Assembly (NCBI RefSeq): GCF_004010195.1
Contig: NC_057750.1
Coordinates: 18,799,860 to 18,863,859, forward strand
Origin: Chiloscyllium plagiosum
Taxonomy: Eukaryota
DNA length: 64,000 nucleotides
Direction: 5' to 3'
Shown: positions 28,120 through 40,960 of the stretch, one piece after another
Layout: the number at the start of each line of letters is the position of its first letter
Numbering within the stretch: the first letter of the stretch is position 1
Notes under the pieces: model-generated
Database searches by the model: none
Told to the model about the DNA's origin: nothing
What the model saw: the letters and a program-made list of their open reading frames with translations, nothing else
Translations under genes and position numbers: made by a program

Positions 28120-28725
28120 GATGAATCGCAGGCTGGGTGACCGCTTTATAGAACACCTATGTTCTGACTGTAAGCGTGACCCTGACCTTCCAGCTGCCTG
28201 ACATTTCAACACATCACCGTGTTTTCTGGTCAACACCTCTGACCTGAGCTCGCTACAGTGCTTCAGCAAAACTCAGCAGAAAGTGGAAAAATAACACATC
28301 ATTGTCCGCTTGGGAACCCTGTAACCTTCTGGATTCAGCATTGAGTTCAATCATTTCAGGGCCTGAGCAAATTGTCGATTGTCTTTAAACCTACCCCTGA
28401 ACACCAGGCCTTGTCATCTTTTGGTACCACAAACGACCTATGGTCAACCATTAACAGCCCTCATTCTTCACCCAGGCTGTTTATCCATTCATTTTCTGCC
28501 CAACAGCGTTTCTGTCTATCTGGGCTTCCTCTGCACCTATTGCTTACTTTTTCTGCTCTCTCCCACTCATTCTCTAATAATATAAATACCAAATCTTTCC
28601 TAGCTGCCATCAGTTCTGAAGAAGCCACTGCACCCGAAATGTTAACATTTCACAGATGATGTCAGCCCTGCTGAGTTTTTCCAGTAATTTCTAACTTTGT
28701 TTCTGATTTCCAGCATTCGCAGTTC
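28120..28725 (+). mobile_element. Penelope-like 3' end (GIY-YIG remnant) plus terminal repeat with hammerhead motif (family B)
   Basis: RRLGDRFIEHL...HFN...HIIVRLGTLxPSGFSIEFNHFR. GTT-CTGAAGA...GAAATGTT-AAC at 28613-28646. Confidence 0.7.
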
Positions 28726-30537
28726 ATTGTTTAACTTTTGGTTGCAGCTCACTAGCACCAGCCTGTAGGTTTTGACTTTTTTTTCTTCCCATGATATCCT
28801 ACTCTCCACAGTATTTCCATCCAGATTCTCAATTCTTTGCGCAAACACAGGGTACATACCCATTAATTGTTAAGTTTCACAGACGCGGATTCTTTGCTGA
28901 AACTGGCCTGTCTTCTCATGCTCTTACTCTCTGTCTCAGCAGTTTCCAATGTTTTGGATGCATGAGCAGTTAGTATGCTGCAGTGTACAATTTAGGTGTG
29001 CAACAGCGTGAGTAGACTAGAGTGCATCTTCCCGCCAAAACTCTCACATCCGAGTCATTTGAGGGTGGAAGATGAAGTGGCGAACATACGTGATGTTTGA
29101 GATTAACAAAAGGCTGGTCCTGCGAAAAGGGAAACATTCCAACCAATGGCGGGGATGCCAAAATGAAAGGATATTATGAAATACCGAAATTTCCTAACAT
29201 TAGGAAAACATGTGGTGAAACTTCGCTTTATTACCTCTAAAACAAGCAGATCCTTCCTAAATTAGAGCAAAACATTGGACATTTAAAGTTTCACCAAATC
29301 CTATGCAATTATATCCATATTCCTATGCTTCCATTTCCTTGCACAATACCTGCTTGCCTGCCTCCTGATCTTCTCTGTTCCATGTATTAGTGCATTCTTC
29401 AAAAATCAGTACTTAAAAGTTTCAAGCATTTTTAAATGGTTTGTTTGACTAATTTTAGTAGCAAACTACACTTACACCCACATTACATATCCACCTTTCA
29501 CCTTGTGTTTAATCACTTGTTCAGACTATCGCCTTTTGCAGTTTATAATCTCACACCTGACATTTCCACCTCGCGTTTTACGGTCCAAAAACCGGTTGCA
29601 TTATTTCCTGGACATTAAGATAATTTTATGCAGGATAATCTGCATTCTTGGTCAAGTAATGGAATGCGGCATATTTCTGAGTTCTTAGGAAGGGTCACTG
29701 GATCCGAAATGTTAATTCTAATTTCTCTTCACATATGTTGCCAGACATGCTGAGCTTTTCCAGCAATTTCTGTTGCTGTGATAATACATTTGTTTATCCG
29801 GATGTAAAACGCCAGAACTGTTTATTGAAATGAATGAATTGCTTAAATTCTGAGTGAACGTCAGCGCGGGTGCACCCTGAAAGGGTGCTTCCGAAAATGG
29901 CATTTCCTAAGTGACGTTGCCAGCTGCCATCAAACCAGATGGTCGAAACTTGATCATGTTTGTGAGTTCTGGTAACAGGTTTAAGCAGGGTTCAGTTTGA
30001 CTGGGCTTGGATTTCACACTAAAGAAACATTATGTAACATGTGGCCCATGATAAAGGATCTCAGGTAAGTGACAGAGAAACTTTCGGCAACATCGAGCCA
30101 TGTCCAGTCCAGAGTGATTCATTTGACAGCACTCTCGCCTCTCAGTTGTAGGATTTTGGGTTAAATTCACATTAGGAGACGACATCAGCAGTGCCCAGTC
30201 TGATATTATCAAATAATATTGAGCATTTGCGGCACGTCGTGAAATACTGTAGGCTGTGGGCGTAGCGTTCTTACAGTGCTGTCAGTGTACCGAGTGATGT
30301 TTTGTTCCTCCTTTAACATGAAGGCGTGTGCCTAACCCTTGTTTGCTATGTTTGGGAGCTTGCTGTGCATTTTTCTGCCTTTTCTCCGAGTTTGCAATCA
30401 TGACGCACATCAAAAGAATCGATTCAATTGATGATAGGGCATTTTTTTGGAATGTCGCGTTTTCTGAAAAGAATCACAGAAATGCCAGAACGTACATTAC
30501 TGAGAATTTCCACGGGTGCTTCTAAATGCTTTCTGGA

Positions 30538-30576
30538 CGTTTTTGTATCTGTCTGGTGCAGTTTTGTACCGCTGTG
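30538..30576 (-). other. 23-RSS of V1
   Basis: Heptamer CACAGCG (30576-30570), 23-nt spacer, nonamer ACAAAAACG (30546-30538). Confidence 0.93.
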
Positions 30577-31198
30577 CTTTACTGGCAGCACAGAAATAGA
30601 TCGCAGAGTCTGTCTGTTCGGGGTTGTTCAGTTGCAAGCTGAATTTATTGCTTTCAGTTTTGAGCTGGACGGTGAAGCGATTCTGGAAATCGATCCCACA
30701 GCCGCCATACCCACTGCATATCCACTCTATAACGCGTCCCTTTTGCCGATACCAAAACATGGTGTATGTACTCATGCTATCTCCCTTCAAACTGCAGCCC
30801 AGACTGACAGTCTGTTCCAGTGAAATCGCAGCCGCGGGAGGAAACTGGACCACGTTAGGTGCAGCCCTAACCCCTAGATTGAAAAAAAAACAAAAATAAA
30901 TGATTTCGAATAATAGAATAATTTAGCATCGTCATGACTCTGTCAACTAGTTAAAAGACCAATCCAATCAGTCCCAATACCCTACCTTTTCATACAGCTC
31001 TACAATTTTCCTTTCAATAATTTATCGAATATTCTCATAAAAATTATTGCTGAATCAGCTTCAGCTTCTATATAGATTTTTTTCTAACTTTTTTCCATTT
31101 GCTAAACAGCTTTCCACTGTTGAACACTTACGGTACATCCACCGTCCGAGTAATAAAGACATAAAGACTAATAAGCATGTTCCAGGTGTGGCAACCAT
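30577..31198 (-). CDS. T-cell receptor V gene segment V1 (leader exon 31198-31132, intron 31131-30874, V exon 30873-30577); chain probably TRB by co-location, not proven
   Basis: Leader MVATPGTCLLVFMSLLLGRWMY ends phase 1 at C|GTAAGT. Acceptor ttttttttcaatctag|. The V exon reads (R)VRAAPNVVQFPPAAAISLEQTVSLGCSLKGDSMSTYTMFWYRQ...DSAIYFCAASK with canonical Cys, Trp and YFC, an open frame, and an RSS directly after it. Confidence 0.92.
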
Positions 31199-32290
31199 TG
31201 CTATTCTTATGAAGCTACCCAAAGATGTTGAAGGACAATGTGTTACCTAGATGAGCGTAATCAAGGTAAAATATCCTACTGAGCGGAAGTGCATCAGCTG
31301 GAGATGAACTCCATCTGAAGATGGACCAACCAATCGTGCACTGGAATTAAGTCAGGTCAAAATTCCAACAAATGAGCACTTGTTGCTATTGTATTCGGCA
31401 CTATCATGAACTGTACAAAGGCCCACCTCTGAAGGTAGAAGAACAAACCGCGTTGAGAATGTTGTTTTAGCAATTTCTACCTCTCAAATGACATCTGGAA
31501 AGAAAATATTATTTGCATATTCCATTGGCATTTTGTGGGACTGATTGGGAAATGTTGCCTGCCGTGTTTCCTGAGTTTTTACCTGAACTCCTAAGAATTG
31601 GTGGCAAAACATAAGGGATTGGCACTTGTGGTTTCATACGGAGATATTGAGCATAAACACAAAACATGGAGGCAATCCTGGACTTTTGTAAAGTTATTCC
31701 AGTCACATCGAGAAGACTCACTCAATTTCGTTCAGAACACATTAGGGAACAGAGGAGGGACCATCAGAAGGTGCAAAGGAGATTTTACAAAATGTTTCCA
31801 AAATTCAGGCAGAAAATCTGAAATTATTTTCCTTATAGCAAAGTGATATTGCGGGAGCTTAATAGAAGTGGACAATTTTAGGACAGGTATAAATAAGGAT
31901 GGTTGATAAAAGCTGCTCCCATGAGCTGTTGACACAGAAATGATGAATCATAGATCTAAGGTTTTGTGGATTGAATTTCGGAATGAACAGTTTTACACAG
32001 GGAATCATAGCAACGTGAAACTTGATGCATGCGTGAACATGGAGAGCTACATGCGTAGAACGAGGAATAGAATTATTGCTCCAGAGAGAGCTGTCACGGA
32101 CCAGATAGGTGGAATTGCCTCTGTTAGTTCTGCAATAATTTCGCGACTCCATGACTGGCTGTGAAGTGTTTGTAAGTACAAACTCACACATTACCATTAC
32201 CAAATGAATATCAACATGCTCGTTGGTTTACTGAACTTTCTAGAGTGCACTAGTCACAGATGGAGCTAGTACGTGTTGGCATAACAAGCA

Positions 32291-32329
32291 GGTTTTTGTA
32301 TCAGTCTGTGGTTAGGTTGTGTTTCTGTG
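32291..32329 (-). other. 23-RSS of V2
   Basis: Heptamer CACAGAA, 23-nt spacer, consensus nonamer ACAAAAACC. Confidence 0.93.
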
Positions 32330-32994
32330 CCGTACTAGCTACACAGTAGTAGATTGCAGAGTCTACCGACTGTGCCTTCTTCAGCTTCAGGATAAACCGG
32401 TTATTTGAAGAGTCGTGTTGCACTTCCAATTTATTATTCAAATCTGGCGCACAGCTTTTATATTCATTGCACAACCATTCTATTGCTGTCCCTTGTTGGC
32501 GGTACCATTGCATAGTATAGCTGCTCATGCTCTCTCCCTTCACACTACAGGTCAAAGTGGCAGGATGTCCGTGTGGAATCGTGGCCCCTGCTGAAGACTG
32601 GACTACAGTCGGCGCAGCTCGAATCCCTAGAACATATCCCAAGAAGGGTAATGTTATAGGTTAAGGCAACAAATCGAATGAAACCAAAGAATGTTACAAT
32701 TGCAGGAGAGGTAATTCGACCACTTTCCTCTGATGGCCTTTTCCGTGAGCTGTCTGCTCAGTTGTTTTTATATTTCTACTCTTACGTATTACCTTCTAGT
32801 TCCCTCCCTCAAACATTGATCCAATTCCATTTAATTTTGAAACGTAGTATTGAATATCCTCCAAATGGGTATAATTAAGATTTCTCCAATTTTACTGTTT
32901 CGAAAGGTGTGTTCGACCCCTAATACTTACACTGAATCCATTGAGCGAGCAACAGGGTGAGACAGATTGTGATCGCTTGAACTGACATTGCCAT
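32330..32994 (-). CDS. T-cell receptor V gene segment V2, same family as V1 (leader exon 32994-32931, intron 32930-32627, V exon 32626-32330)
   Basis: Leader MAMSVQAITICLTLLLAQWIQ ends phase 1 at T|GTAAGT. Acceptor gttctag|. The 297-nt V exon (same length as V1) reads (W)IRAAPTVVQSSAGATIPHGHPATLTCSVKGESMSSYTMQWYRQ...DSAIYYCVAST, followed by an RSS. Confidence 0.92.
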
Positions 32995-33224
32995 CGCTCT
33001 TTTCAGGAACTGAGCGCCAGCGTTACTGGTCGATAGGAGGGCGCTTTTGAAATGCTGCCATAGATAAACCACTAGATTGGTGAACTGTGATTGACAGTTT
33101 CCCGGCCAATCATGTGACTGAACCTACAAATTCTATTGATGTCTTTTTTCTCGCAAATCCGTTCTAATCTGTAATCGCTACCTACGCTTTTTTCTCCTTA
33201 AACCCTTTACTTTCCGCTCGCCTC

Positions 33225-34648
33225 CTTTTTCACACAATTCTTGCCCATTTTTCATTAATCGGGAATGAAATCTTTGCCATTCAGTGAGAATTAGGTTTAC
33301 GTGCTGAGACTTTGGGTTCTACTGCTGTGGTGATGTTTAAGGCTTAAGAAACACATGAGAGGAATCTCGAAACTGAAATATCAGAGCCAGCCACCTGATA
33401 TTTCTTACCAGCTATCGATATGCTGAATATATTTGCTAGTCTTTAGTGAACCTTTGGTCTGGCTATATACTCCAGAGGTCACGTCAGCGTCAAGACAGTC
33501 GGTGTAGGCTATCGATGGACCACTTCCATCTGGTTCACATCTAGCACCTTGACATCATTGTGATGAAGACCTTGTCCTTATTGTATAACAAATCAGCACG
33601 ATACCCAATATTCCAGTACAGTTTTCAACATCTCACTAGGAGAGCACATCAAATTTTACCTGAATTTTAGATACCAGAAATGTATGTCAGCAGGCTGATT
33701 TCCTTTGTATCATGTGGCGTGCTGACACAGGAGATGCGTTGAGAAATGTTATTCCGCTATTCCTGCATTGGCTGGCGAGTCATAGAGTATAGTAATACAG
33801 CATGGAAACATGCCCTTTAGCTCGAACTTGTCCATGCTGGTTTGATTTTCCAAATGATATTAGTGGATGTGCAGGTAAAACTTTGATGGATGTGGAAAGC
33901 TCCTTTGGGGCCTTGGATAGAGGTGAGGGAGGAGGTGGTGTGGGCGCTTTTACAGTTCCTGCGGTGGCAGGGGAAAGTGCCAGGATGGGAGGGTGGGTCG
34001 TAGGGGGGCGTGGACCTCCTTTTTCACACAATTCTTGCCCATTTTTCATTAATCGGGAATTACATCTTTGCCATTCAGTGAGAATTAGGTTTACGTGCTG
34101 AGACTTTGGGTTCTACTGCTGTGGTGATGTTTAAGGCTTAAGAAACACATGAGAGGAATCTCGAAACTGAAATATCAGAGCCAGCTACCTGATATTTCTT
34201 ACCAGCTATCGAGATGCTGAATATATTTGCTAGTCTTTAGTGAACCTTTGGCCTGGCTATATACTCCAGAGGTCACGTCAGCGTCAAGACAGTTGGTGTA
34301 GGCTGTCGATGGACCACTTCCATCTGGTTCACATCTAGCATCTTGACATCATTGGGATGAAGACCTTGTCCTTCTTGTATAACAAATCAGCACGATACCC
34401 AATATTCCAGTACAGTTTTCAACATCTCACTAGGAGAGCACATCAAATTTTACCTGAATTTTAGATACCAGAAATGTATGTCAGCAGGCTGATTTCCTTT
34501 GTATCATGTGGCGTGCTGACACAGGAGATGCGTTGAGAAATGTTATTCCGCTATTCCTGCATTGGCTGGCGAGTCATAGAGTATAGTAATACAGCATGGA
34601 AACATGCCCTTTAGCTCGAACTTGTCCATGCTGGTTTGATTTTCCAAA
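33225..34648. repeat. Direct duplication of about 625 bp, the two copies separated by a Penelope fragment (about 33855-34016)
   Basis: 33225-33853 is nearly identical to 34020-34648. Confidence 0.88.
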
Positions 34649-35114
34649 GTGCAACACTTCTCTGTATTGAATTGCATTTGGCAATCCTCAGCCCACTTCC
34701 CCGTCTGATCAAGATCCCTCTGTAATTTTTGATAACTTTCCTCGGTATCAATGATACCTTTTTTTTAATCATCTACAGAATTACTAATCATGCCTTGCAC
34801 ATTCACATCCAGACCATTTATATGAACTACAAATAACAATGGTCAGAGATCTGAGCCCTGTGGCACATCACTAGTCACAGGCCACCACTGCAAGAACACC
34901 CTTCAACCATCATCCACTGCTTCCTACCATTTAGTCAATTTTGAATCCAATTAGCTAGCTCTCCTTGAGACCTCCATGCAAGCCTGCTATGCAGCCATTA
35001 CTAAGATCTGTTTAGACAACATCCATTGCCATATCCTCGCAAATCTTCTTGGTTACCTCTTTAAACACTCAAACATGACCTCCAGCACACAAATCCATGC
35101 TGACTATCCCTAAT

Positions 35115-36180
35115 TAGACAGGTAGATGAAGGTGGGTTGAAGGTGATACTTCGAAGAGGACGGTGGAGCAGATAGGTGGGAAGGAAGATGGACAGGTAGG
35201 GCAGGTCAAAAGGGAGGTGCCGAGTTGGAAGTTGGATATAGGATTAGGGGAGGGGTGGGGAAATGAAGAAACTGATGAAATCCACGTTGTTCCCATGTGG
35301 TTGGATGGCACTAAGGTGAAAGATGAGGTGTTCTCCCTCCATGCGTCGGTGGTAAGGATTTGGTGGTAGAGGAGGCCCAGAACCTGCATGTCTTTTGGGA
35401 GTAAAAGGGACAGGTAAAATGTTCAGCAATGGAGTGGTGGGGTTGTTTCGCATGTGTGTCCTGGAGATCTTCCCTGAAGCAAGTAGGTGTCCTGTCTCCC
35501 CAATGTAGCGGAGACCATTCCCTTCATGACTCTCTTGTCAAGTCCATGGCCCCCCACCAACCCACCCTCCCCTCCTAGCACCTTCTCTGCCACTGCAAGA
35601 ATTACAAAAGCTGTGCCCATACCTGCCAGCTTACCTCCCTCCAAGGCCCCAAAGGAGCCTTCCAAATCTGTCAGATTTACCTGCACTTTCGCACACGTCA
35701 TTTACTGGATCACATTGTTCTGGATGTGTTCTTCTCTATATTGGGGAGACAGAACGCCTACTTACAGAGTGCTTCTGAGAACATCTCCAGGACACACGCA
35801 TGAAACAATGCCACCACCCCGTGACTGACCACTTTAACTCCCCCACCCACTCTCCCAAGGACATGCAAGTTCTGAGCCTCCTCCATTGCCAAACACTGAC
35901 CACCCAATGCCTGGAGAAAGAATGCCTCATCTTCCGCCTTAGGGACCGCTAACAACATGAGATCTATTTGGATTGGACCAGTTTCCTCATTTCCCCTCCC
36001 CCCACCTTATCCCAGATCCAATCTTCCAATTCAGCACCGCCCTCTTGACCTGTTCTACCTGTCCATCTTCATTTCCACTTATCCGCTCCACCCACCTCGG
36101 CAACCTGTCACCATCACCCCCACCTTCATCTACCTACGGCATTCTCCGCTACCTCCCACCTTCATCTACCCACGGGCCTT
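35115..36180 (+). mobile_element. Penelope-like element 3' part (GIY-YIG remnant) with inverted repeat
   Basis: FTCTFAHVIYW...LY(I)GET-like GIY-YIG remnant. 35115-35470 is an inverted copy of about 35780-36135. Confidence 0.75.
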
Positions 36181-37883
36181 AAACCTCAATTTCAGTGAAG
36201 TCCCTTGTCACCTAATACCATTCTGAAGTTCGATACTAAACATTCATTGTCTGACTCAACATTCAGTTCCCGAGATGAAGGAAGAGTAAGCACTTTTGTG
36301 GCCACCTGAACAGAGGAGAACACAGGGTTACACTGAGGATTTGCACCTGCTGATCGAAAACAATCTTGGTATCTGCAAGTGGAAGCGTTTTTTCTTGATG
36401 TGTGGAACGAGCTCATGGGTTTGGTACCTTTAAATGAATATGTTGTCCAAGATAGCCCGAGAGAGCTTCAGGAACCTGGCAATCATATTGAATATGGTGG
36501 ACACTATAGACGACCATTCTGATCTTTACGGGGACCTACTCTCTCCCCAGCTACCCTTTTACTGTTAATATAACCAGAGAACGTCTTGTCTGCCAAATCC
36601 ATCTCATACCCTCTTTTGCTCTTCTGATTTCTCTCTTAAGTGAGCTTTTCATTTTTATAATCATGTATGATTCACTTCAGCCTGAGAACTTAAATCTAAA
36701 GCCTACCTTCTTTTTCCTAACTAGAACCTCAATGTTCCTTACACATTGCCTGGACTCTTGACATCACACTTTTAAAAGCCTCCTACTATCCAGTCATTCA
36801 TCTTCCTTCATACAGACTCACACAATCGACCTCTGCTAGATCCTACCTAATGTCCCCAAAATTGGCCCTGCTACAGTTTAGCACCTTAACCTGTAGACCC
36901 GTCCTATCTTTATTCAAGACTATGTTAAAACTAAGACAGTTATGGTCACTGGACCCAAAATGCTCTCCGACTGACACTTCTGTCACTTGGCCGACATCAT
37001 ATCATTTGAGGAACTCTTGTGTTGCACCCTCCCGAATACGGTCCTCTACATATTGATTTAGGAAACTTTCTTGAACACATATGACAAATTCCACCCTATA
37101 TTGGATTTTTACACTCTGGACGCTCCAGTCAATACAGGGGTAATTAAAATCTCAAACCAATACTACTCTATTATTTCTCGAGGTATCTGCAATATCTCTA
37201 CACATCTGCTCCTCTAACACCCGCTGGCAATTTGGAGGTCTATAATGCAGTCTCAAATGAGTGGCCGTCCCCTTCTTGTTTCGAAGTTCCAACCATAAGG
37301 CCTTATTTGATTATCCTCTTAAGAATATCCTCTCGATGTACTGTTTTTATATCCTCACTTATCAAAATGGCCCCTCCTTGCTTACTTGTATTGTACTTCT
37401 GTCACGTCTGTAGGTTCTGCATCCTCTTGCACTGAACTATCAGTCCTGCCCTTTTCTCAGCCTGTTTCTGTTATGGTTGCAATATCCCAGTCCCCAGACC
37501 CAATCAATGCTGTAAGCTCATCTGCTTTACCAGTTAGTCCTGTGGACTGTGCCTTAAACCCTCAATTTCAGTGAAGTCCCTTGTCACCTAATACCATTCT
37601 GAAGTTCGATACTAAACATTCATTGTCTGACTCAACATTCAGTTCCCGAGATGAAGGAAGAGTAAGCACTTTTGTGGCCACCTGAACAGAGGAGAACACA
37701 GGGTTACACTGAGGATTTGCACCTGTTGATCGAAAACAATCTTGGTATCTGCAAGTGGAAGCCTTTTTTCTTGATGTGTGGAACGAGCTCATGGTTTTGG
37801 TACCTTTAAATGAATATGTTATCCAAGATAGCCCTAAAGAGCTTCAGGAACCTGGCAATCATATTGAATGTGGTGGACACTAT
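36176..37883. repeat. Direct repeats of about 330 bp flanking a minus-strand CR1 fragment (about 36520-37545)
   Basis: 36176-36508 resembles 37551-37883; ORFs 36192-36416 and 37568-37792 are duplicated. Confidence 0.85.
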
Positions 37884-38050
37884 CACATACACTCTGGGGC
37901 ATACTAAAATTAGTAACGTTGGAATTTTGATAGTTTATGACAGCAAGTGAATAAGAACCCTCGAAGCTCTGAGTTAGTTGATCTTTTACTTAGCATGCAG
38001 GTATGTTGCCTGAAACATATCTGTATCTGTGCCTATCTGATGCTCTCTAT

Positions 38051-40305
38051 CCAGAGAAAAGAAAGATGGATACCAGAATTGCGAAAAAGATGTAGTTATA
38101 TATGTTAAACGGTTTTAAATAAGCATACAAAATCCATGTCATATGTCACATACAGTATATGGCATATCATTGAAATAAAATTTGCCAAAAATGACATTAA
38201 GGTGGCTTCCATAAGGGTCTTTATGGCCATGCTGGCAAGGTCCACATTTGTTAAGTCGTGCCATGGAAAATAGGATCTGAAGTGGGCCATTCTGCCACAC
38301 TTTTCTATTACAGCATTCATAACCCAGTGAAATGAGGAACTCAGACATTGTTCCAGGGTAGATGGCATCTAACTGGGAAAGCAAATTGGCGAAGTTCCCA
38401 ATCGTATCTTACCTTTGTCCTCCCAGGCATCAGGTTTATCTTCTGGTTGGAAGGTGCTATCGATGAGACAGACTGCGCATTTGTGGTGGGGGGATTAAAT
38501 GTTTGTGGATACAGTACCTCCAATGAACTATTGTGTGCTGGATGGCATTGACTTCCTTGGTGGTTATTGGAGTGTGTGCATCCAGGCAAGTGAAGAGTGT
38601 TCAATCACTCCTCTGACTTGTACCTTGTGCATGTTGTACAAACTTTAGAAAATCAGGAACTGAGCTACCAACCGGTGAATTCTCATCTGCTGTTATAGTC
38701 AGAGTAGTTTTATGGCTGGTCCAGTTCTGGGGTTGTGTTCAATTAGGATTCTCGGGTTGTTGGTAGTGGGGGATGCTCCTGTTGCAGTAAATCTCTTGCA
38801 GTCTCTCAAGCACACGGCTTACCTGCGATTACTGACATCTACAATTAGGATTCTCGGGTTGTTGGTAGTGGGGGATGCTCCTGTTGCAGTAAATCTCTTG
38901 CAGTCTCTCAAGCACACGGCTTACCTGCGATTACTGACATCTAGATGATTAAATGTGATACCTCAGCAAGCACGTTAAGTTGCTTGGAGAACAACATTGT
39001 GAAGTAAATGTATAGTTCTGCTACGGATGCACAAGATGCTACTTCAAGCCTTTGGTGATGGCAAGACATACCAGCAGGGGTTAATTGTGAATACATCAGA
39101 ATCCTTGGGCGAATTCACAATTACGTCTGCGTTCAGTTGGGTTTTACTGTCTGCTTTGCTCATACAATGTTATACNNNNNNNNNNNNNNNNNNNNNNNNN
39201 NNNNNNNNNNNNNNNNNNNNNNNNNNNNNNNNNNNNNNNNNNNNNNNNNNNNNNNNNNNNNNNNNNNNNNNNNNNNNNNNNCCAGAGAAAAGAAAGATGG
39301 ATACCAGAATTGCGAAAAAGGTGTAGTTGTATATGTTAAACGGTTTTAAATAAGCATACAAAATTCATGTCATATGTCACATACAGTATATGGCATATCA
39401 TTGAAATAAAATTTGCCAAAAATGATATTAAGGTGGCTTCCATAAGCGTCTTTATGGTCATGCTGGCAAGGTCCACATTTGTTAAGTCGTGCCATGGAAA
39501 ATAGGATCTGAAGTGGGCCATTCTGCCACACTTTTCTATTACAGCATTCATAACCCAGTGAAATGAGGAACTCAGACATTGTTCCAGGGTAGATGGCATC
39601 TAACTGGGAAAGCAAATTGGCGAAGTTCCCAATCGTATCTTACCTTTGTCCTCCCAGGCATCAGGTTTATCTTCTGGTTGGAAGGTGCTATCGATGAGAC
39701 AGACTGCGCATTTGTGGTGGGGGGATTAAATGTTTGTGGATACAGTACCTCCAATGAACTATTGTGTGCTGGATGGCATTGACTTCCTTGGTGGTTATTG
39801 GAGTGTGTGCATCCAGGCAAGTGAAGAGTGTTCAATCACTCCTCTGACTTGTACCTTGTGCATGTTGTACAAACTTTAGAAAATCAGGAACTGAGCTACC
39901 AACCGGTGAATTCTCATCTGCTGTTATAGTCAGAGTAGTTTTATGGCTGGTCCAGTTCTGGGGTTGTGTTCAATTAGGATTCTCGGGTTGTTGGTAGTGG
40001 GGGATGCTCCTGTTGCAGTAAATCTCTTGCAGTCTCTCAAGCACACGGCTTACCTGCGATTACTGACATCTATATGATTAAATGTGATACCTCAGCAAGC
40101 ACGTTAAGTTGCTTGGAGAACAACATTGTGAAGTAAATGTATAGTTCTGCTACGGATGCACAAGATGCTACTTCAAGCCTTTGGTGATGGCAAGACATAC
40201 CAGCAGGGGTTAATTGTGAATACATCAGAATCCTTGGGCGAATTCACAATTACGTCTGCGTTCAGTTGAGTTTTACTGTCTGCTTTGCTCATACAATGTT
40301 ATACA
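38051..40305. repeat. Duplication of about 1 kb on both sides of the 39176-39281 gap; left copy has an extra internal duplication of about 100 bp
   Basis: 38051-39175 resembles 39282-40304. 38741-38841 is repeated at 38843-38943 in the left copy only. Confidence 0.88.
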
Positions 40306-40439
40306 GTGCACGTCGGTGAGCCCGTCGTGGTGGTATGCTTATACTGTGAAAGGTGCCGACTTTCAAGTGAGGCATTAAGGCCCGTCTGCACTCTTGCTTT
40401 GTGTAAAGGTTTCGAGATGCGCTGCTAGCAGGTGGAAAG

Positions 40440-40680
40440 TTTAGATTAGATTCCCTACAGTATGCAAACAGGCCATCGACTCAACAAGTCCACACCGACC
40501 CTCTGAAGAGAAACCCACCCAAAACCAATCGCCTACCCTTTATTTACCCCTGACTAATGCACCTAACACTATGGGCAATTTAGCATGGCCAATTCACCTG
40601 ACCTGCGCATCTTTGGATTGTGGGAGGAAACCGACGCAGACACGGGGAGAATATGCAAACTAACACAGATAGCAAACTAA
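40440..40680 (-). mobile_element. 5'-truncated HE1 SINE
   Basis: Reverse complement of the HE1 body and tail. Confidence 0.75.
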
Positions 40681-40921
40681 ATACAGGAAAGCAGTGGCTC
40701 CAGAAAACATATTCAAGAACAAAGGAAATGTAAGCATTCACAAACGGAACCATTGCAGAGTTCTGGGGAAAGGGCAGAGTTTAGGGCAATGCAAACATGT
40801 TTGGAAACACTGGTACAGCCATACGGACAGAATCAACTCTTAAGTGTCCTATCCATCCATGGCGAAAGAAAATGAGGGTCGAATGACATGAAATGTCAGA
40901 TAATGAGTTCTGCGTATTGTT

Positions 40922-40960
40922 TATTTTTATAACTATAGACCATCCTTCTCAGATGCTGTG
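40922..40960 (-). other. Degenerate 23-RSS of the V pseudogene
   Basis: CACAGCA, exactly 23 nt, then ATAAAAATA. Confidence 0.8.

Noticed and set aside
28775-29119. Minus-strand acceptor, 306 nt, then TACTGTG-23-AAAAAAAGT, resembling a V exon with RSS
   Set aside because: There is no WY motif or correctly placed Cys in any frame, and the heptamer lacks CAC.
30340-30367. Possible 12-RSS (CACAGCA-12-TAGCAAACA) downstream of V1, suggesting a D segment or NAR-TCR-like cassette
   Set aside because: The nonamer is poor, and no paired RSS or J (FGxG) motif is nearby.
32342-32348. Cryptic heptamer TACTGTG at the 3' end of V2 (V-replacement signal)
   Set aside because: It is dictated by the Tyr-Cys-Val codons and has no matching nonamer at 12 or 23 nt.
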